A stretch of DNA of 63,847 nucleotides, filler included, from Reticulomyxa filosa (GCA_000512085.1; 17 parts of 17 records of this genome joined end to end with filler, not necessarily neighbours in it); one strand, 5' to 3'. Shown: positions 1-12,448, numbered from the whole stretch's first letter. The notes: a model not told the origin generated them from the sequence alone. Numbers and translations: made by a program.

Positions 1-90
1 AAAAGCGCTTAGTTTTTTTTAGTCTTTCTACAAGTCGACAAAAAAAAGACACAACGACGGGGGCATGTCTCATGGAATTTTTCGATAGCA

Positions 91-1324
91 ATGTCTCCAC
101 CAACGACATTATCAGCCAAGCTTGCTGGCATTTTCAAAGCAATTGTCATATGTGAAGCGATCCTAGTGTTCTTTTTTGGGAATAGATTGTATCAAAGATA
201 TAGAGGTAGCAGCATTGATCACGAGCATGTGAAGGAAGATAACACGAACAGGGAATTAATGAGATTACCCAATCCGGAGAAAACGAGTAAGCCGTTAGAG
301 CCATCTTCCTTTCAAGAAGATTATTACTACTACGACCTGCGACATGGACAAAAAAAAGATAATAAAGAAGGGGATCAGTCACGTAAATCAGTCTCTAATG
401 TGATATATGTACGCATATGTATTGCATGCACTTTCGTCCATGCATGTAGGTACGTTTGAATGGCGCTTTCCATTTATCGATAAGCTAACATTATTCGTCC
501 CTGAATATGTGGATATGAAAGAGATAAAAGAGATGGAGTGGCAGCGACATGTGAAGCATGCACAAGCCAACAAAGTGGAGTGATCGAAATGGAGCCCAAA
601 GGACGTGGAGATAGATGTGCGTGTATCGCCACTAGCGAACGTAGCGAAAGAGTATTGGATTGTGCCATTGGATGAGTGGATGAACATAAACGTGTATTAC
701 GAAAGGAGAGCGAAAAGCCGATGCCGACGTGAGATAAAATGGTCGGGGCCTATTTGTACATGTATCGATATTACGAGGACATATGCGATTGGTACATTAA
801 AGTGGAAACGGATGCATATTTGTTTGTGCCTTACATTCGCGAGTTTTTATCTTTTTATAACCCAGCGATCCCTCATTATTTGGGCTATTCTCTTGGAGGC
901 AATGACTTTACTCGTAACTTGAATTTGGTGTATCATTGCGGAGGGTACTTGTTCCTGAGCAAAGGGGCAATGGAGAGATTAGTGATCCCCCTCGCGAATC
1001 TTACGTACGATTCCACCACATTCCCGGTCCAAGGCTTTCCTAAGATATTGACTTGCGTTCGAGGCAACGAATGAGTGTCCGAAGTATCGGTGTGCTGGCT
1101 GGGAATACTCAAGAATATTCGCAACATATGTGGAGGGAAGTTGTCCTATGTTTATCAATCCTTCTGTCCTTCTCGGCCTGTCCAAACCTTTTCCTCCTTC
1201 CTTAAGTCGATACTTGCTGGGACTCCATCCTTTGAAAGTAGAGCGCTACCAACTTCAGGGACTGTTCCCATCAAAACTGTTCACAAGAGATTGGAGAAGA
1301 AATGTAAATTTAAAAAATTTATAA
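91..1324 (+). pseudogene. GT31-family (C1GALT1/Fringe-like) beta-1,3-galactosyltransferase, frame-disrupted
   Basis: N-terminal TM segment (IFKAIVICEAILVFFFG), then YLYMYRYYEDICDWYIKVETDAYLFVPYIREFLSFYNPAIPHYLG...YHCGGYLFLSKGAMERL, which matches the C1GALT1-type WFLKADDDTY...YDP...YxSGGAGYVLS motifs. Homology is split across several frames with in-frame stops, and the DxD motif reads ETD. Confidence 0.6.
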
Positions 1325-2203
1325 TTTTTATTGAGAATAGGATTTTTTAAAAATTTATTTTATGTTTTATAAAGCAAATTGGAAAGTGTAATTTTGAAAA
1401 CGGTAAGTAGGTGGTTTAAATTGTTTATATTTTTTTTTTAAAAAAATAGATCAGAAAGTTCTATAATTTTTTTCCTTTTTTTGACTTTTGCAACAAAAAA
1501 TAGTATGACGAAGTTAAGCAAAAAATTCCGTTCTTGAAGCTTTCAAAAATCAGACAAATCTTTTTGGATTGGAAAAACGCCAGTTTTTCAGTTCAAAAGG
1601 TAGTTAAATCCGAAAGGCTACTTGTGTTTATTAAACGTCTGTGTACGTGATTCTTCAAAACAGAAGAAATGCAGTCGTTGCCAGAGTCACAAATCATTTT
1701 GAAGGGATTTGGCTTGAACATGGCGTCTTTATACTCGCAAAATATATAAACTCAACTTCTCTCTGGTCCCCAAAACAAACTAATATTGCTAAAAAAACTC
1801 CTTTGGATTTGACAGAGTTTTATCATTATTTATTTCATCAAATGTATCCAAGTCATTTGCCAAGCCAGAAAAAGCTGTAAAACAAAAAGAGAAAGGTTTT
1901 TACAACACCCTTGACGGAATTTTCAAATCACAGAATCCACTTCTTTGCAAATCCTTTTTTTGTTGAAATCTAACTTACATTTATCATTAATGGAAAAAAG
2001 TTGTTTAGCATTCACTTAATCAGAAATACTAAAACAAACCAACAAATTAAAAAAAAAGCAAAAAAAAAGATTGAAAAATTTGCGAAAATGGCATTTGCAA
2101 GAATGCTGAAAAAGTTGTGATTTTGTTTGGCTAAAGAAATAAGTCAAAAATAAAATTAAAACAAGATGAAGTAATTGAAAAACAGAACAAAACAAAAATA
2201 GGT

Positions 2204-3393
2204 TTAAAGCTCTTCTTCCTCTTCTTTAGCAATGAATCTTTTTTCAATCTGTTGAACAGTATTTTGAAAGCTATCATCCATTTGATAAACGCAGACCTGC
2301 CCTTGCTCATAGCCTAGGGCAAAGATATTGCCATCAGGAGAGAAAGACATGGCATTTAAAGGAGAAAAGACCTCCTTTTCAACACAAGGAATTAGACCGA
2401 TTCGTTCTTCAAAAATCAGATGGTGAAACAAGCATTCGTACAACCCCTCTCGGTCACTTAAAGCGGCTTTTTGCGCTTGTTGACCTCCTCCCAAAGCAAC
2501 CACATTTGCAGTTGGATGAACCGCCACTGTATTTAATGGTCGATCTGTTGAATATCCCATTTTTCAATATCAAATACCTATTTGTTCGTTTATTTGTCCA
2601 TCCGTTTATTTATTCATTCATTTCATTCGTCCGTTTTGTTTAGCAAAAGTAATAATAATAATACATATACATATATATTATTAACTTTGGACAGCGCAAT
2701 GATTATTGACGCACTTCATGTCGGTAAGACTTGGGGAAATTTCATCGGCGAGTTTGGACTTTTCGATGAACTTGGAGTCGAACACGACGCTCTTGATTTC
2801 CTTATGTTTCGTCACGTCGAACACGCGAATGGTGCGAATGATGCGAATGGTGCGAATGGTGCCATCGGTGCAACAAGTGAACACCTGTTCGTCCAATGGA
2901 GACCAAAACACACCAAATTAAATCAATGAATAAATAAATAAGTACATATATATTTATTTATTTAACCTCCTTCATCGACTTTGTAAGCTCCTTCCAAAAT
3001 AGGATTTTCTTCGATATGTATTTGAGCGCAGCTGTGACAAAGAAGCGCATGTCGCTGCTCCACGAGACAATGCGACATTGCGATGTGAAATTGAAGGTGT
3101 ACAACTCCTTGCCGTTGTTCAAGTCCCAAATCTTCATCATCGAGTCGTTGCTCGAACTAATCAAATACTGACTATTCAAATCCACGTCCAAGTCAGTCAC
3201 TGCACCACTGTGCCCTTCAAACGAACCCAACCAATCTCCTGACAATGAGTCCCATACTGTTAAACAATGGCTCAGTCGCACCACATGCTCTCAAACTCGA
3301 CACAAACAACAGGTCTCCATCTTGGTTGTGTTTCAGTTGACTTGTTGTTTCGTTTATGTCGTCCATTTTTTTACTTGCTATGAGGGAATGCAT
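2204..3393 (-). CDS. EIF3I: Divergent eIF3 subunit I (TIF34)-like WD40 protein, multi-exon, with a frame break near 3290
   Basis: N-terminal QLKHNQDGDLLFV (cf. QIKYNREGDLLF), WLGSFEGHSGAVTDLDV, and C-terminal TDRPLNTVAVHP...LGGGQQA...FHHLIFEERIG...FSPLNAMSFSPDG...GYEQGQV, matching the eIF3i signatures LGGGQEA, FEEEIG and FGPINT. Confidence 0.75.
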
Positions 3394-3574
3394 GAAAAAA
3401 GATATAGATTGTTTTGGGTAAGTTTACTATGATTTGTGATCTATTTGATGTTTGATATTATATTATCTCAAAAACAAAATTTCTCCCTGGAACGTTTTGT
3501 TCCATTATTTGAATTGTTGAATAATGTAAACTTGAAACATTATACTCATTTTAATAATTTTTGACAATGTTTAA

Positions 3575-3640
3575 TGCAATCTCCTGGATTCGAACCAAGC
3601 ACTCTTCCTTACGGAATAAGCTCTCCAAAGCATAGATTGC
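3575..3640 (-). ncRNA. tRNA-like element (non-canonical; possibly tRNA-Thr derived)
   Basis: Minus strand reads GCAATCT AT GCTT TGGA GAGC TTA TTCC GTAA GGAA GAGTG CTTGG TTCGAAT CCAGG AGATTGC A. It has a perfect 7-bp acceptor stem plus discriminator, a canonical T arm/B-box, a 4-bp D stem with a 4-nt loop, and no canonical anticodon arm. Confidence 0.65.
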
Positions 3641-3873
3641 CCTATTCTTGTTTTTTTTGTTGTTATAAAATAAAAAAAATAAAAAAAATACAACTAAACT
3701 TTCAAAATTATTTGCACAACTTGGTCAATAATAGGAGGTGCCAATAGGATTGTATCCCTGAGGCGTTTCTGTCTTATAACAGAAGTTAAACTCTCAGTTC
3801 TTCACTTCCAGTCCTCCACATATTCCTGTAAAAAAGAAAACTGATAATGATGTATTGTACATCATATAGCTTA

Positions 3874-3973
3874 NNNNNNNNNNNNNNNNNNNNNNNNNNN
3901 NNNNNNNNNNNNNNNNNTTAATTAATTAANNNNNNNNNNNNNNNNNNNNNNNNNNNNNNNNNNNNNNNNNNNN
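3874..3973. other. Artificial contig spacer (first of 16)
   Basis: 44 N + TTAATTAATTAA (stops in all six frames) + 44 N. Identical spacers start at 3874, 5461, 11484, 12724, 15779, 17297, 20723, 22918, 44093, 46186, 49494, 51862, 53827, 56281, 59773 and 62162. Confidence 0.98.
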
Positions 3974-4387
3974 AGTTTGATTTCCATAGATTAATGAATA
4001 ATCTAATGAATTTATCCATTTTCCGTTTTCTTCTTTAATTTTTCCTTTTTCTTGATTGTTGACCATTTTATCTTTTTGTTGTTGGAATTGTTGTTGGGTC
4101 AAAAGAGCCAATCGAATGTAGCAAGTATCAATGGATTGTTCAGGATCATCGAATAATGGAGCTAACTTGTCTTGTGATTGGTAATGTCGCTTTAATTTTT
4201 CTTTTGTTGCATTCAACGCTTCTGAAGTTTTGTTTGTATAAATCTTTTCATTTGTTTGTTTGTTTTTTTCTTTTGGTCTCGAAGTTTCATTTACTAGAAC
4301 CTTTTCATTTGTTTTTTGTTTTGCTCTTCGAGCCTCAGCAATACATTTCATTATTTCTCTGCCCATGTTTTGCCTTTTTTGTGACAA
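3974..4387 (-). CDS. 5' part of a probable NACHT-NTPase-type protein (truncated by contig end)
   Basis: KEKLKRHYQSQDKLAPLFDDPEQSIDTCYIRLALL resembles the segment that precedes NACHT domains (LxxxY...xDxxYIxLxL). The P-loop itself is not in the contig. Confidence 0.5.
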
Positions 4388-5665
4388 AATTAAGATGTAG
4401 GGGTGTTTAAAATTTTAGAGTTTTTTTGACTAAAAATTTTGTTAAGTCGGATTTTTACACGATTTTGTTATTTTTGAATTGATGTTTCCACCTGAAAGCT
4501 TATTTCAATTTACGTCTATAAACAATAGGCTATTTGAAGAAAAATATGAGAAAAGTTGTATTTTGCATTGAAGTACATTTTTTTTTGTCAAGATCGTGCT
4601 TCTAGCTGAAAAGAATAACTTTTTGTTCAAGCTGAGACCTAAGTCCGTGTTTGCACCTTTTTTTTTGTAACTGAGATTCGAAACGAGACTTACAGCAAGA
4701 TTGGAAGCTTGTAAGAAAAAACCAGTTGAATGGAATGAAGTGATGGATAATATTTTTTTCTTTTTGGCAAACAATTGGTTGAGCAACTTTTCCTTTAAAA
4801 AAAAAAAGAGGACCAACATTTTTTCTTTTGTCAGTGTGGCGTTATAGTTCGTCATCAGATAAAGAAAAGATGACCTAAAGAGATTTTTGGCAAATTTTTC
4901 ATTGAATTTTGAAATAATATATCATAGCACACAGAAAAAACTCAAAATAAAAACGGAGTGTTTGCTTATATAAAATGCATATAATTTCAGAGATTCAAAC
5001 GCATTATCATTTTCATATATCCAATATAAAATCTTCAATTGTTATGAAACAGCAGCATTCATTTCTTTTCTTTTTTTATTTTGGTCATCTCTTTTACCAC
5101 ATTTCAGATTTGAGTACAAATCAAGAAAATTTATACTACATGACCAATAAAATGGCGTGTTTAATAAATTGATATTGATCTAATTGAAATACATCAACAT
5201 TGCTAATAGGAGAAGTGATAAATGACAAATGATTATTGCTTCCACTTACTTAATATTTCATTGTCAATGTGTGATTTTTTTTTGACAGATCAAATTTAAT
5301 TTGTTCGATATTCACTTCAAACAAAGTTATTATTTACCTTGAGTAATTGCATCGATCTTATATCTGATAATGACATAACTCCAATTCCCAATAATTTTGA
5401 GCAAAAGATAATATTGTTGTTAAAAAAACAAAATAAGTTATTTTAATTTTGTCTGAATTTNNNNNNNNNNNNNNNNNNNNNNNNNNNNNNNNNNNNNNNN
5501 NNNNTTAATTAATTAANNNNNNNNNNNNNNNNNNNNNNNNNNNNNNNNNNNNNNNNNNNNAAAAAAAAATCCTTTTTTTTTAGAAGCTACTCAGTGATGA
5601 GGTTGCAAAAAAAAAAGATTAAATAAAGGAAAGGTAAGAAGAAGGGGTCAAAAAAATAAACTTAC

Positions 5666-5852
5666 AGTCTTTGGAAAGCTTCCATTGGGCTGCTGCTTTC
5701 GTAAATAAATCTGCCGCGTCTTCTTGGATTTTTTCTTTGTTTGCACCGAACCAGTCAAATTTTTTTGCTTTCTTTTCTGCGTCCGACTGAAGTTTTGCCG
5801 CTTTTGGATTTGAAGATTCTTGGGAATCATCCGTTTCTGTGGCTTGAGCCAT
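5666..5852 (-). CDS. NAPA: Alpha-SNAP (Sec17) first exon, partial
   Basis: KAAKLQSDAEKKAKKFDWFGANKEKIQEDAADLFTKAAAQWKLSKD matches the alpha-SNAP N-terminus (AEKK...FG...EEAADLYxRAANxFKLAK). It is followed by a GTAAG donor at 5665. Confidence 0.8.
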
Positions 5853-6477
5853 ATTCGCTTTCAGACAATTCAAGACAACACAATTCGTGTGAAAAGGGGT
5901 TTTTTTTAACTAAGACACTCTAAAGGCACTGTCGGAGCGAAAACAACGTGACGTGTGTCATAGGTTGTGTATTTGATGGCCATGTCTTATAAAAATTCCT
6001 TCTCCTATGATACGTATCCTCAATGTAATGGTACAAAAACTTTGGTCACAAGGTTCAGTGCAAATGTTTCTGAAAGATGCCGCTTTTTTTAAAAAAAATG
6101 AAAGCAATCATTCACAAAATTACTTTTGAACGTTTTTTAAATACCTTATCTTTAATTGAAAACAGTAACGTAAAAAAAGGGATAGAAGATAGAAAAATAA
6201 GGGAAAAAATCCGTTTTACAGGAAAGAAAAACGGACATTCCAAAAAAAAAAAGTAACTATTTTTTTTGAAAAAGTCGCGTGCCCGGATAATGCCCAGATT
6301 TGATTCTTTCAGAATTCCTTTTGTTCACAAACTGGAAAGATTTAAATAGTGGATAAGAGAATATAAACATGAACACTTTCAATAAATAACAAAAAAACGA
6401 CAATTGTTAAATAAACAAACAAAGCAGAACAAAAGAACGACAGTGACAGTGGGAAGGAGGAAAAAAAAAAGAAAGAA

Positions 6478-7480
6478 TTACGAAGATTTGTGAAATTGTT
6501 TAAACAAAAGCTTGGTATACTCGATTCTTTTTTCCAAGTCTTGTCGTTGAGTATTGGTAACTTGATCCAAAGGGGATGACATGTTTGTCTTGATGTTTGT
6601 CAGTGAAAACGACAACTTTCTCGGGAGACAAAAACAGGAGTTGTGTGTGATCCAAGAAAATGATTTGAATGGTCTTTGTGTTCAAACGAAAGACCGTGGC
6701 GTGTTTGGTCTTGGCCCATTTGCGAACAAAGAAGATTTTGTCCAAAGTGAGCTTGTCCCAACAGATATTGGGATCGTATTTGGGCGGATGGTTTTCGTTA
6801 TTGCATTTCTTGGCCAAGTGGTTATGGAAGTGGCCCAGCAGCGTGACTTTTTTGGAGAGATGGGCGGGACAGTTGCGAACTGAAAACACCGTGGTGCAAA
6901 GGGGGTCGAGTGTGTCCACGGTGGGGTTCACTTTGTCCGCATAAAACGCCGTGCATTGATCGGGACACAATACCATCACAGACGTGTCATTGAAATACAC
7001 GCCAGTGAACCCATTCGAAAGGGTGTACCCAACTCCGTATTTGTCATAGTTGATCCAATCGGAGATACAAATCACGTTATTCGTATTTATATTTTTCTTC
7101 GTGTTTGTGTTCGTGTTCGTGTTCGTATTTGTGTTTGTGTTTGTATTTGTATTTGTGTTCCTGAAGACCCCTCCTCCTCCTCCAACAACATCTTTGACTT
7201 TGTTCCTAGCCATGTTGTCACCATAAGCACGCTGCGTTGCAAAAAGGAGAATTGGAATTGGAATTACAATTTGTGTTTGTGTTGGTATTCGTATTAGTAT
7301 TGGTATTGGTGTTGATGTTGATGTTAATGTCCGGTCCATGGCAGGGGTATAGTCCCGGTCTGACAGTGTTCACAGGTGTTTTTTGAGGTAAGGCTTGTTC
7401 GATGGACCGCAAGTCGAGTTTCGTTCCCAGACAATTCCATGGTCGACGTCCAATGCCAATATTAAAGCCAAGACTATTGC

Positions 7481-7526
<46 letters not shown>

Positions 7527-8597
7527 GTCATCATTATCATTATCATTGTTATTATTGTTATAACGATTGCCAAACAATTCTTCCAAAGTGGGCACGCGTT
7601 CCAAGCACACCAAAGGCAAGTGCGTCGGTATCTCGAAGCTGCCGCGGTGTGTGAAAAAAGAATGGGACTGCAGATTCTGAATCGACGGCCTCTCTTCGGC
7701 TCGGATGACCAAGATCTTTGCAATCATATCCTTCGCTTCCAAGCTCACGGACACGTCTTTGGGCCACTCGTAGCTGACCTTTCGGATTTTCGCATACGTG
7801 GCTTCGACGTTTTTTGTTTCGAAAGGGGGCCTCCCCGTCAGCAGCGTGAACATGATCACCCCAATGGACCACACATCCACTTCAAAGCTATGTCCGTACG
7901 TGCGTCGAAAAAACGGATATCCCCCTCTTCCTCCTCCTCCTCCTATGCCACCTATGCCACCTATGCCTGCTATCCCTCCTATGCCTATTCCACGTACGTC
8001 ATGACCGTCCAAAATCTCGGGTGCAATATAATTGGGCGTCCCACAAATGGTCGTCTTGCGTTCCTCTGAATCGGTCAGCTGCGTGGCCAGGCCAAAGTCG
8101 CACAGCTTCACATGCAACGACTCGTCCAACAACACATTGCCCAACTTTAGGTCGCGATGAATTATCTTTTGCGCGTGCAGGTACTGCACGCCACACAACA
8201 ACTCTTTCATCAAGTACCGGATCTCGTGCTCACTCAAACGCTTTCGCACTTCCATCCATTGCGACAACGACTTGTTGCGACAATACTCCAACAGGATGTA
8301 CACGTTCTCACTGTCTTCAAAGTGACGCTCAAACTTCACTATGTTCGCGTGGTTTAGTCGCCGGTGCAAACTTATCTCGCTCAACAACTTACGCTTGTAC
8401 TCTGGCTTACGCAACCCTTCTTTACTTATCACTTTGCACGCGTATCTTCTCCCACTGTCCACACTTCGCACCTCGTACACCTGTGCAAACCCACCTTCAC
8501 CCAAATACTTCACGCGCTCATAACGCTTCACATGACCTTCATACGCTGTCCGATCTTCTATCACCTTGGGAGGAGAATATTGATGTCTACTCTTCAT
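6478..8597 (-). CDS. PLK1: Polo-like kinase (kinase domain plus two polo boxes), two homopolymer frameshifts
   Basis: Kinase motifs GEGGFA, HRDLKLGN, DFGLA, TICGTPNYIAPE and GHSFEVDVWS. Polo boxes: WINYDKYGVGYTLSNGFTGVYFND and RKWAKTKHATVFRLNTKTIQIIFLDHTQL. Removing one base from the A-runs at ~7241-7245 and ~6569-6571 gives a single ORF ending DLEKRIEYTKLLFKQFHKSS*. Confidence 0.93.
7482..7560. repeat. (ATT)n microsatellite encoding poly-Asn in the PLK linker
   Basis: Run of attattatt; translates as NNNNNDNDNDDNNNN on the minus strand. Confidence 0.9.
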
Positions 8598-10016
8598 TAC
8601 TTCAGCTATTACACCGAATATTATTTTTCTTTCAATTTTTTTTTTTCTGTGTAGTTTCCCCTACTCGTTTTTATCTCCGAAAAAAACTCGTAGAACATTA
8701 TTGCGAAATCATTTTATCTTTTGTCTGCAAAAAACATTTTAAGTAAAGGAAAAAAGAATTTGTTTATTACTTTAGTGTTTTTACAAATAGTAACTTTATT
8801 TCATTTTGAGTGTTTAAGTAATTTAAGAAAAAAACATCAAGTTGCTGGACATTCACAAAAATAATGACAAATCTTTTATATTCAAATCAAGTTCCAATTC
8901 GTTTTGAAAAAATATAGTTAACTTATTGAATTTTTCACATATTGATAACAATAACATAATCGAAAATTGCAAAGCAGTTTTATCAATTGGTATATATAGT
9001 GTAACTTGATATTGATAAATCTACATGGAATTGTAATCATAATTATCATTGTAACATCATCATAAGATTTTGTTAAATTTGTATTTCTGTTTCTGTTCCT
9101 GTTATAAATACTAAATTTTTTTTTTTTTTAAATATTCATTTTTAAAATAATATATAATATTTTATTATTATATTATTTACATTTTTATCTTTTTCAAGTT
9201 TATACTAAATACTTCCAATTAATACAAATGTTGTTAATGTATAATTAATAAAATTCAGAATGTATAAACGATCATATAATACAAATTTTGAATTACAATA
9301 TTTCTAAATTGATAGCAATCCAACAAATGTTTTAATATCAATTGAAATAAGCATCTTGTAATATGTATTTATAGTGTAATACAGTCAAGATATTACAGCT
9401 TATGGCATAATCACAAAAATAAAACTTAATCCAATGAAATATATATTCTTCAAATAACTTACAATACAAAAAAGTATTTACAGTACATTAAAACTTTTGT
9501 TCAAACTTTTTTTAGTTCCAAAAAAGTTTTGTTTAACAAACAAATTTTCGTAGAAACTGAATTAAATACATTTTGATTGATTCAATTTGAAATGTGTAAA
9601 TTCAATAAAAAATTTAATTATTGTTTTACTGGTTCTATATTGTTTGTTAATGTACTCTTTCATCTAACACAACAGAGATCATATAACTAACGTCAAATTT
9701 TGTTAATTTGTATTGAATAAGGCTCACCAAATGTCACTAACTTTTTCTTTGATAAGACAATAAACTTTCATTGCAAAAGCCAATCTTTTTCTAATTTATT
9801 TGTGTTTTTTAGGGTCTTTCGACAGAATGAAAGATTGAAAGAACTGATCTGAAGAAAATTTGTTGGTGAGCATTACTTTCTCAAATAGGAACACCATAAA
9901 TTTAAAAAAAGTAAATTGTTTGCCATGATATGTCCCAATACAATGTGTGTTTGTTTGCAAGATGTCAAATCAAACCAAGCGATTTGAATTTTGAAACAAA
10001 AAATTGTTTCAGTGTT

Positions 10017-10283
10017 TTACAACTTGGATTTTTGTGAATTTTCGACATCACCAATGTAAAGTTCTTTCATGATCTCAGAAGCTGCTTGAGAGTGAATTAC
10101 TTGCTTGAAAGCTTCAGTGCACTCTGTGCCGGCATATGCTAACAATGGTCCCTCTCCACCTGGATGTTCTTCAATAAATTTGGTCACATCATACACTTTT
10201 CCGTCTATCACTATCCATGCCTCTTTTGTTGGACCTTGAGCGTTGCGTTTCGCTACTTCTGACATTGGAATTTTGCGAGACAT
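10017..10283 (-). CDS. Cytochrome b5 (soluble, no C-terminal anchor)
   Basis: AWIVIDGKVYDVTKFIEEHPGG...AGTECTEAF...HS...LYIGDV; both heme-ligating His are present; 88 aa. Confidence 0.95.
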   Translation of the reverse strand: MSRKIPMSEVAKRNAQGPTKEAWIVIDGKVYDVTKFIEEHPGGEGPLLAYAGTECTEAFKQVIHSQAASEIMKELYIGDVENSQKSKL

Positions 10284-10684
10284 CTTTGCAACAAAAAAAA
10301 GAGAATTGATGAACTGAAATTTCTTTATTTAAGAAATCAAACCTGGCACTTCAATTTCTTTTTTCAAAGAACCGACGCCTGTTGACTAAAAAAACTTAAA
10401 CCAAAGCAACATTTTACAATTCCTGGACTTGGCACTATTCGGAACAAAGCTAAAATGATGTCTAGAAGTAAAACAATTACAGAGATTGAGAGTAAACAAA
10501 AAGTATAAATTTTCATCATTGTCACGAACAATGCATATTAATCAGAGAAACCTTAAAACAAACAATTTTGATGTACTGCGGAACAAAGCACAATCACACA
10601 TAGTTTTTGGCATTGTGTGTACTGTATTAAAAAAAATATCAGCTTGGGTAATCCTTATTTATCACGAGGATTGCTTCGATAGAG

Positions 10685-11483
10685 ATGTCAGATAATAATA
10701 ACCTTGAGATCCAATCGGATGAGGAGAAATTGTATTGTTACTGCCGCCAACCTTTCGATGGAGAGAGTATAATGATAGGATGTGACAGTTGCAGCGAATG
10801 GTATCACATCCAATGCGTGGGTCTGACATCAGATGAAGTGAGTGCGATTGGGAATTGGTATTGCCCGACGTGTGTTTCAGTGGAAGACGCAAAGCCGACA
10901 AAAGCCACTCGTATCAACACCAAACCATCAGAGTACATTACTATTTCGGACGACAGTCTTTTGGAACCCGACGCTGAAGCAAATCCGTACTTGCTTCCAC
11001 ATGAGCCAACGAAAACGATCAGTGCTACTGCCATGAACAGCAGTCCAACCGAAGCCATGTTATTATTTTTTTTTAAGGAGCCCCCCCCCCCAAAAAAAAA
11101 GGGGGAGGGGCAGTGAAATTTTGTTCAAAACCTAATCTTAAAAAAAAAAACACCAAAAAAACACCCAAAAAAAAGTGAAATAAAAGAAGAACAACCACCT
11201 GAAGCATCAATAAAACAACAAAACGTAAAAGTGGAAATGGATCAGTTATTCTTTTTTGGAATTTCCTCATTCTGTTCAAAAAAGTTTGATATGTGATATT
11301 TGAAACCCCCTTTTTTTTTTGTGTGTGTGTGCGGAACGAACACAGAACCAAAGAACAACCAACACCAACACTGGGCAGTGTACAGAATGCAGAACAACAG
11401 GTTGCACTCGATGAAGAGCCCACTGTCATCCCACATTTAGAGCAAGACTTTGAGTTTAACAAAAAAAAAAAAAAAAAAAGAAA
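10685..11483 (+). CDS. PHD-finger protein, 5' part (multi-exon, truncated)
   Basis: LYCYCRQPFDGESIMIGCDSCSEWYHIQCVGL...WYCPTC is a C4HC3 PHD finger with aromatic residues typical of H3K4me readers. Confidence 0.85.
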
Positions 11484-12448
11484 NNNNNNNNNNNNNNNNN
11501 NNNNNNNNNNNNNNNNNNNNNNNNNNNTTAATTAATTAANNNNNNNNNNNNNNNNNNNNNNNNNNNNNNNNNNNNNNNNNNNNTTAATTTACTTTAGTTA
11601 TTTTGTGTTTGATAAGATTTTAGTTGTATTTGACGAGGAAAAATGTTGAGTTGATAATTAGGCAGTATTGCTTGTTTGAATTGAGTACTTGTCAAATACA
11701 TTTGTAAAGCTTCCATCATTTTGGTGTTTCTGTCGTTACTTCATTTGCTTTTGTTTGAGTTATTATATTTGCCTAATCTCCACTGTCAGTATCATCTTTA
11801 GTTTTAGTGGTCATGAACAAAAATTTTGTTTGACGAGAATTGCATTGGAGTTAAATATCCTTTTTTTTTGTCATTTATGTACTTATAATTATTATCATGC
11901 TTTTCAATGGGATTGGAAGCAGCGACAACATATGCGTCATGTGCATTTGTACGTTGAAATTAACCCTTTACAAATGATACTCGCAGACTGCGGAGGTACA
12001 AACGTTACAAATGTTGTACCTCAATTTGAGCCGTCTGCTCGCGACTAGTCTGTATGTTTGCGAGACAAGTGTTTCTGCGGTCTTTCTTTGAACATTTCTT
12101 TTTATTGTTTTTTTGTTGAATAAATAGATGTTGACTATGACTGGATTTTCGCTAAACTGTTGGTTTGATACGATTTGTTAATTATTTGAGCTTGAGTCAA
12201 CTGTAACATTGGGAGTCATTTGCAGCAACTTTATCACTACAGTGTAGCATCTGTGTATGATCCGCACTGGTCAGCGTATCAACTGTCAATAGACTTTGGT
12301 TCCAGTCGTGCTACTCTCTACTATATGTGCTGCATAAACGTAAAATCCCATAACTATAAAAGAAATTGCTATTTTTATCATAAAACCAAAAACGGACAAT
12401 TTAGTACGTGCAAACAAACCAAAAAACACACTGTGCATGTGTAAAATA

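Noticed and set aside
7370-8746. Long antisense and alternative-frame ORFs over PLK (likewise 15831-16550, 29114-29656, 33834-34514)
   Set aside because: They are shadows of GC-richer or low-complexity coding sequence (poly-Ile/Leu/Phe-Ser mirror translations) with no independent motifs.
9479-10627. TACAGTACA...TGTACTGTA pair that would bracket the cytochrome b5 gene as a Pack-type transposon
   Set aside because: There are only 9 bp of inverted identity and no match to the MITE TIR consensus beyond CAGTA.
12260-12270. Shared ATCCGCACTGG between ~12260 and ~50868
   Set aside because: An 11-mer match without extended homology is expected by chance in 64 kb.
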